Shown: positions 56,061-56,660 of the stretch, piece by piece
How the letters are laid out: every line of letters starts with the position of its first letter
Position numbering within the stretch: position 1 is the first letter of the stretch
Virus record (IMG/VR): IMGVR_UViG_3300020396_000007
Location: 1-56,660 of that record
Source of the DNA: a virus
Lineage: Duplodnaviria; Caudoviricetes
DNA length: 56,660 bases
Reading direction: 5' to 3' (one strand)
Program-made: the position numbers and the translations under genes
The notes under the pieces: model-generated
Database searches by the model: none
Told to the model about the DNA's origin: nothing
Seen by the model: the letters and a program-made list of their open reading frames with translations, nothing else

Positions 56061-56326
56061 CACTATCAGCAAGCGACTACAGCGGCTATCACGTTGGCCG
56101 CTGGAGGGCAGGACAACGCCCAACAGTGGACAAGGTACTCGCCGTTGTCATCTACGATCAGAAGTATGACGCCTACATCATCGACTATCAGGACAAGTAC
56201 GACTTCCAAGAGTGGGTGTGTGGCGAGTGGTTCGAAGACTACGATCTCGAAACCGAGGAGCCTGTTGAGTTCCTCGAACACAATGACGTGTATGTAAAAT
56301 TCACAAACTTAGGAGACATAGCATGA
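56057..56326 (+). CDS. Acidic hypothetical protein (89 aa)
   Basis: ATGA coupling on both sides. Confidence 0.75.
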   Translation: MTLSASDYSGYHVGRWRAGQRPTVDKVLAVVIYDQKYDAYIIDYQDKYDFQEWVCGEWFEDYDLETEEPVEFLEHNDVYVKFTNLGDIA

Positions 56327-56496
56327 AGACGAAGGATATACTTAATTACGTTTACGATGATTTAGATTTCGTAAGCAAGGAAACGTGGGTCACCATGATC
56401 TGTAAATACCTCACGACTAATGACTTGGAGGAGATGCTCGACATGAACGAGCTAACCCCACGTTTTCGTTTTATTGAGGATGAGGATGAAGCATGA
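56323..56496 (+). CDS. Acidic 57-aa protein (not in ORF track)
   Basis: AGGAG SD; ATGA coupling; MKTKDILNYVYDDLDF...IEDEDEA. Confidence 0.7.
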   Translation: MKTKDILNYVYDDLDFVSKETWVTMICKYLTTNDLEEMLDMNELTPRFRFIEDEDEA

Positions 56497-56660
56497 GCAA
56501 ACTTAGCAGAGACGAGATGATCGAGTGGCTTGTTAGCAACGACATCGACACGGACGATGGGGAGTGGCTCGCAACCATTCTCGTGCATGGGTTCAAGGGA
56601 TACGGCTCAATGTCCATCGAGCAGTTGCGCGACGAGATACGTGAGCGAGATCACATGTGC
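56493..56660 (+). CDS. Acidic ~65-aa protein spanning the genome join (ends at 157)
   Basis: MSKLSRDEMIEWLVSND... continues through the terminal overlap to TGA at 155-157. Confidence 0.7.
   Translation, partial: MSKLSRDEMIEWLVSNDIDTDDGEWLATILVHGFKGYGSMSIEQLRDEIRERDHMC
56534..56660. repeat. Terminal direct repeat, right copy
   Basis: Matches 1..127 with 6 substitutions. Confidence 0.95.

Overview
The window appears to be an essentially complete, circularly permuted genome (~56.5 kb) of a temperate, podovirus-type tailed phage. Its ends overlap by 127 bp with 6 mismatches. The host is most likely a marine alphaproteobacterium (inferred from the tRNA fragment, the promoter style and the apparent absence of GANTC). 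Modules: (1) rightward early region from 53.7 kb through the join to 5.7 kb, with small ORFs, a P-loop kinase, a CobS/MoxR ATPase plus CobT/vWA pair and a SleB-type hydrolase; (2) leftward lysogeny block with a tyrosine integrase, LuxR-type and winged-helix regulators, and attP; (3) lysis block with spanins, an amidase and holin-like genes; (4) replication/recombination block with a resolvase, primase-polymerase/helicase, Cro-like protein, Sak4, SSB-like protein and Cas4-like nuclease, but no recognisable DNA or RNA polymerase; (5) a long leftward virion operon from terminase to a 3,150-aa ejection-type protein. Most notable observations: attP carries the 5' half of tRNA-Ser(GCU) plus a replacement promoter; a GGACGAC-N18-21-TA late-promoter motif recurs at seven gene boundaries; a 19-bp operator recurs three times; the same C.C-mismatch hairpin sits ahead of both scaffold and capsid genes; six tandem Lys-rich mini-proteins; and GANTC and CCGG appear absent while CGTACG is strongly enriched. 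All protein calls come from motif recognition by eye, not database searches.
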